A stretch of 64,000 nucleotides of DNA from Balanoglossus misakiensis (lineage: Eukaryota > Animalia > Hemichordata): assembly GCA_040954595.2 (NCBI GenBank), contig CM082590.2, positions 6,076,001 to 6,140,000 on the forward strand, in the 5' to 3' direction. Below the pieces are notes generated by a model that saw only the letters and a program-made list of their open reading frames with translations, searched no databases and was not told the DNA's origin. Shown one piece after another: positions 1 through 15,018 of the stretch. The first letter of the stretch is position 1. Each line of letters opens with the position of its first letter. A program made the position numbers and the translations under genes.

Positions 1-130
1 CGAAAGTTTTGTCAACGTCACCTGACCAGGTAGTCAACGCCATTTACAACACATAGGAAGGTGACTTGTTCAACTCTAAAGCGGTGCTACTGATCCAGAT
101 GTATTCCAACACAATGTCAATGACGTAATC

Positions 131-160
131 ATGGCTTCCAGAAAAGTCAAGGATCCACTG
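131..160 (+). CDS. Candidate first coding exon of the ROCO gene (MASRKVKDPL)
   Basis: aatcATGG start context, 10 codons, then a strong GTAAGT donor at 161 in phase 0, matching the phase-0 acceptor at 5888. In-frame TAA upstream at 77-79. Confidence 0.6.
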
Positions 161-3100
161 GTAAGTGAACTTTTAACTGTAACAACTGACATTTCACACC
201 AAGGGCAACTCAGTCAGGCAGTGACGACAACTGCTTTATGTGGTTTATTTTTCTGGACTGAAGACTGCGTTTGAAAATTCACCCATTCAACCCCATGCAC
301 ATTTGACATGTAAAACCACTTTGAAAATTGTGTCACAAGACTTATGAATGCTACGTAGACTTGTGGCGTTGTATTCGTTTTATACGGTCTAAGTGGTTTA
401 ATTTTTTTCCAAAGGTCATGCTTGCTCGACCCACGAAAAAAATCAGAATTTTCAGTGTATGTATCCATTACAATATTTGTGCATTCATAAAAAATAACTT
501 GGTTGACGATATGTCAAAATGATTACGACATTTCGTGGCTACTCCAACTGGAGACAAAAAGGATTTTTTGCAATTATATTTGTTGCATTTATTAATTATT
601 TTACTGTTATGCTGCAAGCAAAATTTATTGAGCAAGCTCTATATAAATCAATTGTTGAAATCCATGCCTGTGTTACTTTGTAACCATTCTGGCTGTGTGT
701 CTTTATATAGGACAGTCTGAATTGACGCCATATCAAAGAATGATAACCTTTGACCTGAAATGAGTTCATTCAAGGTGACGCAGGCATGGTGTTGGTCATA
801 AGGGGTCGTGGATAATTATTAATTCCCCATGAGCTGACTCAATCTTCTCCGTATCCTTTGCCGACAGACAACACGACAGGTTGATGATACATGTGTGCAT
901 ACCCACGAGTAAGCTTTTTAAAATGAACCAACCGAACTTTGATAGTAAAATCACGAAAATAATGCATGACGTGAGGCATGTCAAATGCAACTATTTTCAT
1001 TTAACCCAAACCCCTCGCTTAAGTTTGGAACAACAAAAAGCAATGAATATTTTATCCCCTCGACGTGTCTACACCGACTCTCTCTCCAAGAACACATATT
1101 TGTTGTAACCCCAAAAGAAATGAAATTAAATCGGTGCGTGTGTAAACATAAAGTTGTGATATCTACTCACCATAAACAATAATTTCATCACAGAATGTTT
1201 GTTCCAAAACTCGTGACACTAATATACCATATTGAAGATGTTGCTAATGAACGCTTTAATCCCAATTCATGCATCAATTCTTTTATTTATAATAAACTGT
1301 TATGTCTACAAACCAAAAATGTTGAGGTACTAGCACATTTCAGTGTGGTTTGTTGTCTTCTGCCTTCATGTACAAGACTGAGGGGAGGGGTTATACACCA
1401 GCAAGTCCTCCATCTGTTCAAATTTACCAGTCAGACATTTTGTGTTCAGTAGTGCATTATGGGCCGGTTGTCGTTATCCTGGAATGTCGTTTATTGTTTT
1501 CGTTTTGTTGGAATTCCAGTATTTTTGTGATCAGAATTTCACCGATGGAATGCTTTCCTTTCAGCAATGTCTGCACCATGTTTTATCATTCGCGATCAAA
1601 ACTCACAAACATTCACATTTTCCCCATCAAGGGATATTGTGCGCGTGCATGAATTATCCACAACTCCAAAGAATAATGGCATATAAATCTCGAAATAAGG
1701 GACTGGTCAGTTTCTTCGGCCTGGGGGAGGGGGGTGGATGGAGTCATGGGGAGGTCACCCTGTTTTGAAATTGGGTGATGGGGGGGGGGTCACCGGGGGT
1801 CACCCATTTTTCCATGTTCAAAGAGGGGGTCGGGTCAGTCACTGTTTGATATCCGCAAAATAGAATCCACCCCGCAGGCCTAAGAAACTGACAAGTCCCT
1901 AAGCGCTTACGGTTAACTACTATAAAAATGAGGCATTCTAACGGATAGAAAGCAGCTTGTCTACGTCAACCGTGACCCTGTGGCTGATCACAACGGAAAC
2001 AAGTGTTATCCGTTTGGCCGTGTAGTGACAGCCGTGCTGTGACGTTCATTACTGACCGTCGGTTGTGGATTCCATGTTCTGACCAACAGGACGACATCCC
2101 AAATCTGTAGACTATAACAATAGAGTAGTTGGACAGTCAATTGACCATAACCTTGTTCACGTTTCTTTTATGGATATCATGCAAGCCCTATCAAACAGTC
2201 AAAAATGCTTCTTGGGAAGCACATCAGCGAACAGGTATACAAAGCCTTCGCACGACCCACACACTACTACAGCTACACAATAACTTGCCCTCACAGTTTG
2301 GACAAACATTCACAGTGATACTCTCATTTCATTTCTTCACCGTTCTCTTGAGACCGTTGCCTTATCATGAGTCCATGGGCTCATCCGGGCATTTTCCAGT
2401 ACATGTATCTATATTTTGGTGTAAGCCGTGTACGTTTATGTGTAATTAGAATACTTTCCCTTACGAAAAAATATTTTTGCTGGGAGATGGTTATGAGTTT
2501 GCTGCCAATACCCAGCAGGCATATAGTTTGCAGATTGGCTGATAAGAGGGTTTGCAGAAGTTTGCAGGATTCTGCAAACTCAATGCAAACTGAACAATCC
2601 CCAAACATGTTGTGCAGAGAATTCACAGCAAATCAAACTTGTGCAGTGAATTTACAGCAAATAAAAACTGTTGCTGTGAAGTCACTGCAACTTGTTAATG
2701 GTCAGAATGAGCTTGTGATTTCCAAGCAATCTATAGGTTAAAGGTCACAACTACACTGTACAAAGAGATTGTCTGGGCCCAGTGTTAGTACCGGGTACAT
2801 GGCTATGCTGTCCTATGGTCTCCATCCACACATTCAGCAAATGTGATCTACCATTGCTGACAATGAGGGGTGAGCAAAACAAGCACATTGGATAGTAGTT
2901 TTTTACAAATTAAATGTTGATCAGGTTAGATTTTTGGCTCTGATTCCAGGATAGACCAGCAAATTATTTTATATTTATAACTATTCAAATTGAACTTGTG
3001 GATTAGTTACGAAAGTCACCAAGATGTCACAACCTTGTACAAGCTTGCTGCAAGGATGACACAACTTTGAAATGCTAGCTTTTAGCTTGTATAAAGGTTT

Positions 3101-6100
3101 TACAAGCTTGGATAAGATTACGGCTTAAAATTACAAGCTTGAATACAGCTTGTGAACCGCCCCAGACAAGCTTGTATAATACACACAGACCAGTGTGTTT
3201 TAGATATATAGAAATTCTTAACACTGGTCCGGGGCCAGGCTAGGTCCCATGCATAGTGTACAAGATCCCTACATTTAATAAAGCATACTTTTTTTTTCCA
3301 AAAATGAGTATATTTCATGGTTACTCAAATCCTACTTCAATATTTTTCTTCTATAAATATCGTCAGTCGATCCTAACGCACAGTCGATCAATGTTATAGC
3401 TGTGAGCTCTATTTCCGGTTATGACACGAAAATAGCGTTGTGCGCATGCGCGAGGTACACCCGCCATATTTTAACGGTTTTCTTGTTGTAAGCGGTCCCA
3501 GTGTTCGTCAGACATGTTTATCATCCACATCCATTCGGAAAGGGCGATTTTATACCATCAGCGATGCTGCCGTTTTGATGAATTGATCGTTAAAAGATAG
3601 GTAAATCTTTCAGCTAGACTTTGCTGCATGTTGTCAGTCGCGTCCGTCCATACGGCATACTGTTCATTGTTGCTGTAATGGGCGCCGGCGAGTCAGTTCA
3701 GTTCCGTTAAAGACTATCTCGCATTTAGTTTTAAACACCAGGCAAATTTACTGTTACTTGTTGTCTGTACTGTTGGATATTGCAACGAAATGAACTATGT
3801 TTGCATTCTTAAAAATCATGAGTGAACGTGTTTAAATATAGAAGCTGATCGTCTTTGTATGTGCATTGAATGGCCAATGATAATTTATTTGACAGTTGTT
3901 TTTCGTAGAGGTACGATATTTCATGGTAAAAACTGCAATTTCTCAATCGTGCTACATCTGGAATGTACACTGAGTCTGAAGCAAAGGCTTTGTCATTGCA
4001 AAATCAACATTATTTGGAAATTCTTAAAGCAATTGTAAACAAAATAACTATCTTAAATCATGAACACCACCTTCGTAAATAGTGTAGGTGGGAAGTTTTT
4101 TAAGATGTAAAAATAACCTTTTATCTAATATTGCTTCATTTATTTTCAAGCAGAGAAAAAGTGTGTTTGTGTGTGTGTGTGTGGGGGGGGGGGGTTCAAT
4201 GGTACCCCTAGTTAATTGGCTTTGCTGCAAACTCACTGCAATGTTCAAATTTCCAAGGTGGCAATCTTGATTGCTGTGAACTCACTGCAGTATTCAAATT
4301 GCTGTGAACTCACTGCAGTATTCAAAATCTTGTTGCTGGAAGTTTGCAGCAAATTTGCAAGTCCCCTAATTTGCATGGTAAAATCAGGACTGTTTGCCAC
4401 TTTGCAGCAGCAGTTTGCAGTGAGTTTGCAGAATCCTGCTGCAGATTTGCGGGAGGAGTTTGCAGCAGGCCCTTTTTAGGTCCCATTGGTATAGGCCTAT
4501 ATACCATGGGACCTTATGGGATCGGTTGCGTCTGTATGTATGGATGGATGTATGTATGTATGTATGTATGGATGTATGTCCGTCCACATCAAAAACTTGA
4601 AAACCGCTGTGCGTATCACCTCAATATTTGGTGTGTAGGTGCAGGCTGGGCTGTAGATGGGAGTTTGTTCAAACGAAGTTGCCAGGCCCAAAAATATGCA
4701 AATTAGCCTGTAAAATGTGAAATTTATCAAAACTCTGAAAGTCAACAACTACTGGTCAGATTGCTTTAAAAATTGGTATGCATGTACCTTATGTCAACCT
4801 CACATCGACCTGTAAGTGTTAAGTTAATATCATGGATTTTTTATTTTTTATGAATTTTTTAGTCTTTTTATTAAATTTATAACTTTACTTATACCTCTAT
4901 GGTTAAGCTATGTCCACGTCTTATTGTGGAATTCTGGTCTGTGCAATAGTCCTGTACAGTGACTGTCTATTGGTAAGTAAGCACAATGCGGCCAAAATAA
5001 AAGGCGAATTTTTGGGCTCACCTGTAACACCTGCTTAACACATTAATTATGTGCAAACCTAATTCCGGGCTAACTAATAGGGCTAGAGGTTTGGTTTTTG
5101 TTGAACATGAACCAGTATAGGGTCAAAATTTCTTGCCCAAATTTTGCATGACCTCAGGTGACCTTTGACCTACTTTACCATATCTTGGCATCCAGAGCAG
5201 GTACAGACTTGGCGTTTGGAGGGTTGGGACTAACATAATAAAGCCAAATTATGGGTCACCTGTGACACCTGCATATCTCATTAATTATGTGCATACCTAA
5301 TTCCAGACTAACCAATAGGGCTATAGGTTTGGTTTTTGTTGAACATGGACCAGTATAGGGTCAAAATTTCTTGCCCAAATTTTGCATGACCTCAGGTGAC
5401 CTTTGACCTACTTTTCCATATCTTGGCATCCAGAGCAGATATGCTTTTTGCTATGTTGCTATGTTCTATGTTGGCTTGGGCCCGCTATTGCTGCTTGCAG
5501 CTATATTTTTTCTTTAAAAGCACATGCCAGATTGCTTTGCAATTTGACAGTTTATTGGGCATGTTCCTTGTTAATGTTGTTACATTCCATATTTCTATAT
5601 CCTACGATCATATCTGCTTGCAATGTCGCCTGTAATTTTTATTCTGGTGTGTCACTGTTTCCGCATAATCCTCAAATGGGACCACAGTGTCCTTGACGCT
5701 ATTTTTTTTCGTTAGGGTTACCATATCATCGATGCAAAATGTTTATACAATGTGATGTAACAGTGCACTTTCTTGGTGTTTGTGATTTTGTTTATTCATT
5801 ATCGAAGATCAGTTCAAATACTGAAGAATTTTATATTTGACGGAATAATTAAAAAATAACAATTGTATGTTTCACTGAATGTTATAGGATCTCATTAATG
5901 CCGCTGAGAATGGTGATGTTGCAAGGATTCAATCGTTGATAACTGATGGGTACGATGTCAATGCAAAGGGTGAATACAAAGGCTGGGTAAGTATTTGCAC
6001 TGCCTCACTCAACATTTCACACGTACAACCAAGTCACACAGGTAACGAATCTGAAGCGGCAAACGTCTTGACCTTGACTTTATTGATGAACACAAACCTT

Positions 6101-9100
6101 TCCTGTGTTTGATATACCACCTGAATGCATTTGAAATAGAAAACGTGTCAAAAAATAAAGCTTGTTTCCTCCTTTGTTTCTCTTATATCAATTTGAGGTT
6201 ACAAAGAAAAATTTGAAACCGAAACGAATAAGAACATAGTGTTGGATGAAATGTTCAATTATCTGTATATTGTGATCAGTAACAGTCTGTGGCGCGGTTG
6301 TTGACAATTCTAGATGGATGCAAATGTCATAATAAATGAAAGTGTTTACAAAAAAATTAAAACCCCAAAAGCGACACAACATAGAGATTAAAAATCCCAC
6401 GTCGTAAGTCAATCTGGAATTCAGGTAAATATGGTCATGAAAAGATTGCCGTTGATTGCCCTTATAAACAAAAAGTGCGGATTTCTTTAGTCTGTGGTGT
6501 TTGTATTACAAGTGTATTCTTCAGGCGTGATTTGAATCTTTGAGGTGGGGCAGCTGTTGATTGATTGTAATATTTATTTCCTCTGTCTCTTCGATGGATA
6601 TCTTAGCTGTAGAAATTACTTGAGTGAATAAACACACATGATTGGAGATGAAAGTGTTACTGTACCTCAATGGACATAGAACAATGCCAGAGTAAGGACA
6701 TAGTGCTGGTCTATGGGGAATACAGGAGAATATCAGAGTCGTGACAAGGCCAGGCTGAAATGTTTCATTTGCGAACACTCAAAGAATATGTGGAATCTGT
6801 GTCATTGAAGGCTGAAGAGTTGCCATTTGGACGAAATCTTTATTTGTGAAGGAAACTAGTGATTGCATTTGCCCCATGCATTATGTGCCATTGTAAGTTT
6901 AGGGACCGTCTCAGATTGTCACAAAACTATCTGGTTAAATAGGATGTAGAATTAGGCGGTGTCTTTACTATGGCTGATTCTTGGCTTTTTTGTTCGCATA
7001 GGGGCCGTCCACCCGAGAACCGCCAAGACAGAGAACAGAACAGTCAAAATGATCACCACAGCTAAAGACAACACCTAACTCTACATCTGATTTTAATCAG
7101 ATTGGTCACATAAATTCAACAAACAAAGTTCTTTTGTTTATTAGAAGGGCGAATTCAATTTGTTTAGTGAACTCCACTTTCACACTTATTTGCGCGACCA
7201 CAATTTTCCATTTATGTTTTTTGTTAAATTCAGTGAACCAGGCATATGTGATTTCAGTTCCATTCAATGGATACTACAAACGCTTTTTTTTAAAGACAAA
7301 TTTGAGAGAAATGTCCAGACTGGTTTAGACAATTATTTTTCTGATGTTTCCTAGCAACATTAAATAATTATAACATTGATGTACCGTACGTACCAACGCT
7401 AGGTCCATAGCAGGCTATTCCTAAATATTAACTTACACCAACAGAGAAACAGGGGATTGTGTGTGTCGGGTGTATCACGTCCGCCATGTTTATCTGTTAG
7501 AGTACTTGGTGTGATTGAAAATTTGAACATATCAATGTAATTTATGAAATGATATTAAGGCCTGTTGCACCTATGAGTGTGCATAAACATGTATAGTGCG
7601 CTAAGTTATATCATAATTTTATAGTGTTACACTTGTTAGAAAAATCTATAGGGCACGTTATAAAATGTTCTCTGGAACAATAGTGTTTTGGTCTGAAACA
7701 ACTATAGATGCTACACACATTTAACTCATAATTTCAGTCAACACTTCCAGTTACAAATCGATTCCAGTGAAATTTTAGCCATGTAACCTTACAAGTCCAA
7801 CATTGGAACATACCTTGTGTTCATTTTAATTCAAATGAATTTGTCAATTTCAGTCTGGATACACAGCATTGCATGTAGCAGCCAGGGAAAATAAACTGGA
7901 AGCGGCACAAGTGTTGATCGACCATGGAGCTGACGTCAATGCTAAGAATGAGGTAAGTGGCTTTACATGCTCACTCACCAATAGCCCAAACGGCCAAAAA
8001 GGTGACATTGTACTTATATTTTGTAGTGTTGACGACCTTCGGGATGTCAATCACGAAACTAGTGTTACTGCAATAAACTGACACACATAATAGGATTATG
8101 AAGAGTATGAAAGAGTTTGAGGGAGAGTTTTTGGACCGTGGCTATACCTGCGGCCAAGTTAAATTCTTATCTCTTTTGAGACCAACAAATTCACTTTTGA
8201 ATATCATACCACTATAAAGCAATATTTTATTAAAGCATCGAGTAATTCGAGAGGTTGGGATCAGGGTGTTCATATCGAAATGCGTAATTAGGTTTTTCGA
8301 TAAATAATCTACCAATAGTTAACTTTCTGACTGGAAAGTTAGGGACCTAACCATGAACTATTGCTACATGCACGATGACACATTTATTTTATATTTAAAC
8401 AAAGTGTAGTGTAATAGCTGTCAGTAACAACGGCGAAGCGAAATAAAGCTCCGAAAATAAATAAATATAAATTGTAGGGGTGCCATGTATCCTGCACAAC
8501 AGGCCGGGGGGGGGGGGGGGGTTCTCCCATAGGAATGTGTACAGGTTATGTGCCACCCAGAAGGGTCACTTTTCAACGGAAAAATCCCAAAACTTGGGAT
8601 TACTAGCTTTTCAACCGAAAATCTACAAAGTGGGATTCATTCATAAACCGTCATCATGCAATTACCTTTATGGAACTGACTCCAAAGAAAGGTCATTCTC
8701 AATGGCCAGTCCTCACAATCCGTCGACGTCGCTGCCAGGCACACGAAGGGCGCCACAAGCGGCGACGTTGTCTCCGATGCTCGATTCTTGTGGGTTCACC
8801 GCTCGTGGCGCACTTCATGTGGCTATGCCGTCGAATGACAGAGAGAGAGGTCTGGCTGGCGAGACTAAAAAACATTGTCTGGCTGAAGTCTACCATAATC
8901 ATTTGAACGTCAATAGTGGTTCCGCATATTTCTTACTTTTCATTCATAATTGGCGTTCTTTGATTGGCTAATTCCAATGCACTTTTAAGGGGTAATGAAA
9001 CTGCTGTCTAGGCTTTTATAATATTTAGATCATTGTCAGTTTGAGGGTATTGTACAGAGGGCATCTTCAAATGAAAACAACACACGCAAGTATCATAAAT

Positions 9101-12100
9101 GTCAAGTAAAAGAATACCTGTGATGTTAATGTACCCTCAAAGGACTCTGCCCTATCACCACATCATGCATTCATGTCCATTACGTGGGGGACTGGGATGT
9201 ATCCTACTTTTAATTTATCCCCCCCCCCCAAAAAAAAAAAAAAGTGTCGGCAAAACATGTTGTGCCATCTCACAAATTAATGTTCAGAATATGTATAACA
9301 GTGCATGCTTAATGAAACATTGCATGTTCCATTTTACGCTTATAGTCAGGGATGCTCAGTGACACATTTTTGTTGTATTCCCACAGAATGGTAGGGCACC
9401 GTTACACCATGCTGCATGGAAAGGCCATGGTGACGTGGTGAGACTTCTACTGCAATCCAATGCCAGCGTTGATGTGCAGACCAACGTAAGTTAATGTAAT
9501 CACACTAATTCTATTCTACACTCACACATCAGTTGACACGGTTTATTATCAATAACACATATTTTTGTACATAGGTAAATACAAATAAATAGTTAACGAC
9601 TATTCCTCTGCCTTATTCCCAACAACCCAGACTTTACAACCTATTTTTAACAATGACTCGTTAATTATGGATTGTTGCAGCATGATTTTAAAAAAGAAAT
9701 CAATCATTCAGAGCAAGAAGTAATGTTTGTTTTATTGAATCAGCAAAGAGTGTTGTTTATTGTGTGGAATGTGAGATCAAGATCAGCAGATTTATATTGT
9801 TGTAAATATAAATGTGTATTGTAATATAGGTAAAATAAATGAGAGAACCTTCTACTGATAAAATCATGAAGGAAATCCTCTATTCCAGTTCTGACCAATA
9901 AATATATAGCCTGTCACACCGCATAAAAAAAACTGGTTATAAAACGGAAGCTCTCATCGCGCTGCGCTTGTGTGCATTGTTTGTCGGAAAAAAATTGCCC
10001 ACAAATCCCTGAAATTCTATTTTTAGAATTATTTTTTGAATGAACAAAGCAGCCCACTGTAGCATAGACTGGGCAGGACAGCAACTGAAGATCCTAGTAG
10101 GTCGAGGTGACTGCAGTGGGGTTTGCGCTGGTATGGGAGGACGTGTATCATCCATGCAGAGCGCTCGACGCGACGACCACTCAAGCTAGAGAAGCCAGCC
10201 TTGCTAAGACTCAAATGTGCATTAACCCGGCCCTGCATTGCATTGAGCTTGGCACGTCGGTTACATTCCGCTAATAAACCTTATCACACTGTTGTCCGAT
10301 TCCACGTATTTAGTCAGTCAGCTTGTTGTAGAGATGACTGCAACAGGTGGTACAGGCGCTTGAATCGCACCATTCTTGACACGAGTATATTGACTGAGCC
10401 CTATACATGTATAGTGAGCCCTATGCGTAACTGTTTATCTGTTCACAAATGCTCAATATAAGCCTATAATAAGTTTCGCGATGTTGGCTAAACAGCCGTG
10501 GACACTTGCCATAACACGGTAGGTTGATGTCTTGAAAAATTATTCTGTACTTTGCATTGAGGCAAGGAAAAATTTCAGGGGGATTAAACCTGACAGTTTA
10601 TTTCTCTGTGTTTGTACGAAGAAATGAAATCATCTAGTGTAGGCGTTTCCGGGTAAAGTTTATTGTTACCGTAAAGGGCGTATTACACAAATGGGCGTCC
10701 AGCGTAGATTTTGGGAAAGCAAAACACGTTCCGAATCTTCCGTTGTACGAGGAAAGTGGAATTAAATTTCAGAAAATCCAACCTTTTCGGAGTTGGATCT
10801 TCAGTAGCTGTGGAAATGCAGCTGTTCCATCAGGGGGGATGAACTATAAATTCCCCGCATCTCCCCCCCCCCCCCCTCCGGCGGAACAGCTGCGTTTCCA
10901 CAGCTATGTCTTCAGTTGATAAGTCCAGATTGCTGGCTGTTGGGAAGCCCTACAAGTTCAACAGTACGCAATGTTCATGTCAGAACTTGGCTCGCCTTTT
11001 GTCACGTGTTGCTATGGTCACGTCTAATTTTATTTTAAACCTTCCCGCCACATGTTGACGCAATTTATGACTGTAAGTAATACTGAAAATCACACCATCC
11101 CTGCGTTTCATCAGACATTATCTGTTTCCTGATGGGCGCCTGTCACTTGCCTACTCCAAAGATGTTTGTCAAAACCCTGAAACAAACTTTCTGTTTGGCA
11201 GCCATAAAGCCAATGCAAACTTGACATTCAGATGTGTATGAGTCTACATGTACATACGGTCATAACTCTGGCTTCGCTGGAGCATTTGCTGCTTTGAGTT
11301 CATGCCGAGTGCTGAGTTCTGTGTTGGGTTGTGTCGTATGTTTGTGTGTACCAATGCATTAATTAGATGACTTTGGTTGCGCTAAAGGTTCAGAGCCAGC
11401 AGATACATTTTTCAACACATTACACACTCGGTGCGTTGCATCCGTCATTTGAGCGTGCAAGAGTCCATGGAGACGGCTGAACGCTGTTCCCTTCACCCCT
11501 TGCATGATATTTCTGGACCACTTCTGCATCGCTTTTTGTCTCAAGTCGGCCATCTTTGCCCGGCGCAGATTTGTCTATGGTATTTGCCAGACCCTCTATT
11601 TGCAGTGCCCAACGGAAGAAGCAAAGGGCTCTGGATAACCGAGACTACTTGCCTGACAGACCTCGCTATCCGTTGACGTCACGCACAGGCACACGAAGGG
11701 CGCCACAAGCGGCGACGTTGTCTCCGATGCTCGATTCTTGTGGCTTCACCGCTTGTGGCGCACTTCGTGTGGCTATGCCATCGAATGACAGAGAGAGAGG
11801 TCTGGCCGGCGAGACTAAAAAAAGTTGTCTGGCTGAAGTCCACCATAATCAGTTGAATGTCAATAGTGGTTCAACATATTTCTTACCTTTCATTCATAAT
11901 TGGCGTTCTTTGATTGGCTAATTCCAATGCTCTTTTAAGGGGTAATGAAACTGCTGTCTAGGCTTTTAGGATATTTAGGTCAGTCAGTTTCAGGTATTGT
12001 ACAGAGGGCATCTTCAAATAAAAACAACAGACGCTAGTATCATAAATCTCAAGTAAAAGAATACCTTTGATGTTAATGTACCCTCAAAGGACAGAGCCCT

Positions 12101-12706
12101 ATCACCACATCATGCATTCATGTCCATTACGTGGGGCACTGGGATGTATCCTACTATTAATTTATCCCCCCCCCAAAAAAAAAAAAGAAAAAAGAAAAAA
12201 AAAGTGTCGGCAAAACATGTTGTGCCATCTCACAAATGAATGTTTCAGAATATGTATAACAGTGCATGCTTAATGAAACATTGCGTGTTCCATTTTACGC
12301 TTATAGTCAGGAATTTTCAGTGACACCTTTTTGTTGTATTCCCACAGGGTGGTTGGGTACCGTTACACTATGCAGCATGGAATGGCTCTGGTGACGTGGT
12401 GAGACTTCTACTGCAATCCAATGCCAGCATCGATGTGCAGAATAATGTAAGTTAATGTAATCACACTAATTCTATTCTATACTCACACATCAGTTGACAC
12501 GTTTTTATTATATTTAAATCATTGTCAGTTTGAGGTATTGTACAGAGGGCATCTTCAAATGAAAACAACACACGCGTGTATCATAAATCTCAAGTCAAAG
12601 AATTCCTGTGATGTTGATGTACCCTCAAAGGACACTGCCCTATCACCACATCATGCATTCATGTCCATTACGTGGGGGACTGGGATGTATCCTACTATTA
12701 ATTAAC

Positions 12707-12737
<31 letters not shown>

Positions 12738-14979
12738 AAAACTTTCGGCAAAACATGTTGTGCCATCTCACAAATGAATGTTTCAGAATGTGTGTAGCAG
12801 TGCATGCTTAAAGGTATACAGTCACCTCCAACTTACATACGCCCATATATGGCTGAAATGACGTATTTGGGCGTTCTAAAGAACCTATGGTGGCGCTCTT
12901 TCTTTCGCATGTGCCACCCACTGAAAATCTGTGATTGGCTAGATCTCAATTTGCCATTGATGACATGAGTATATCGCGTAATCCCTATATAGTGTGACCT
13001 AGGCTACCAGTTCACGATTCAAACAATGCTCAATCCAAATTGAAGGCTTAAATAACCGTAGAAACTTGCCATGAGGTCGGCCTATGGCTTGATAAATTAT
13101 TATGTATTTTGCATTTAGGATGGGTAAAATTTCAGGGGGATTAAACCGGGCAGTTTCTTTCTCTGTGTTTCTAAGAAGACATGAAATCATCTAGTGTAGG
13201 TGTTTCCGGGTACAGTTTGTTGTTACCGTAAAGGGCGTATTATGCAAATGGACGGAAGCTAGTGAAAAGCATAGATTTTTTAAAACATTCCACATCTTCC
13301 GTTGCATGAGGAAAGAGGAATTAAACTAAGTGAAAATTTCTGAATATCCAATCTTTTTCGGAGATGGGTCTTCAGTTGATAAGTCTAGATTGCTGGCTGC
13401 CGGGAAGCCGTAACATTCACCAGTATGATCGCAATGTTCATGTCAGAACTTGGCTTGCCTTTGCCACGTATTGCTTCGGTCATGTCTAATTTTATTTTAA
13501 ATACCGTCCCACCACATGTTGTCGAAGTTGATGACTGTGTAGGTAATAGTGAAAATCCCACTGTCCCCACGTTTAACGAGATGTAATTTGTTTCCTGATG
13601 CGCGCCTGTCACTTGCCTACTCCAAAGATATTTGTCAAAACCCTGAAACAAACTTTCTGTTTGGCAGCCATAAAGCCAATGCAAACTTGACATTCAGATG
13701 TGTATGAGTATACATGTACATACGGTCATAACTCTGGCTTCGCTGGAGCATTTGCTGCTTTCAGAGATGTTTTCTTGGTATTACTCGATCTTTCCGCAGC
13801 ATTTGACACTGTGAACCATACCATTTTACTCAATCGCTTAAGAGACCGCTTCGGTCTCTCAGATACTGTTCTCATGTGGTTTAAGTCATACCTTTCCAAT
13901 CGTAGTCAGTGTGTACTTGTAAATTCCACCCAATCACCTTTCTATCCGCTCGACACTGGGGTACCACAGGGATCAGTTCTTGGTCCCATACTTTTCAATA
14001 TGTACACGTCTCCATTAGGTGAATTAGTTCAAAGTCATGGTTGTCTTTATAGTTTTTATGCAGATGACTCTTCACTTTATATGTCTTTTAGTAAAGACAA
14101 CGCAGCAAGAACTGTTTCAAATCTTGAACTTTGTATTTCTGATGTTAGGTTTTGGATGTCTGAAAACTTCTTGTGCTTAAACGATGATAAGACTGAATTT
14201 GTTATTTTCTCTGGTATTTTGGGTGATCTGTCTGCTAGAGGGATTTCAGAAATTCGTGTTGGCGATTCTCTGATTCCCGTCCATTGTCAGGCTAAGAGCC
14301 TTGGAGTGATCCTTGACTCTTGTCTGACAATGAAGCCACATATTGGACAGATCTGCCGCTCTGCCACTTTTCATTTACGTCGCATTGCGCTTATCCGCAA
14401 ATATTTATCTCATTCAGCTACAGAGCAATTAGTTCATGCATTCATTACGTCTCGAATTGATTCATGTAATTCACTTTTATTTGGGCTCCCGAAGTATTCA
14501 ATCAACCGTATCCAACGCGTTCAGAATATTGCTGCTAGAATTGTAACTCGTTCTAAAATCACCTGTCACATCACTCCAATTTTGTATCAGTTGCACTGGC
14601 TACCTGTTACAGAGCGTATTGTTTTTAAGATGTTAGTTCTCATTTTTAAATCCATTCATAAACTTGGTCCAATCTATCTTTCTAGCATGACTAATATATA
14701 TGTTCCATGTCGCAATTTAAGGTCAGCTGATCAGTTCAAACTCTGCCCTGTTCGATCACGCACCAAGAGTTATGGTGATCGTGCTTTTACTGTTGCTGCT
14801 CCAATTCTTTGGAATAATCTTCCACTCACCATTCGCCAGGCACCAGACTTATCTGTTTTTAAATCAAATGTTAAAACTTTACTTTTTAAATCTGTTTTTT
14901 AGCCATTTTGTTGTATTGTACTTTTGCTTTAAGCGTCATTGATCACATTTTTTTGTGGATACTGACGCTATACAAATAA

Positions 14980-15018
<39 letters not shown>

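Noticed and set aside
8480-8971. 163-aa ORF and similar ORFs at 11556 and 16046
   Set aside because: They lie in MITE-derived duplicated intron sequence, the frames are not conserved among copies, and there are no domain motifs.
13700-13764. N-terminus of the 400-aa RT ORF
   Set aside because: It is flanking repeat sequence that happens to be in frame; the LINE starts at ~13765.
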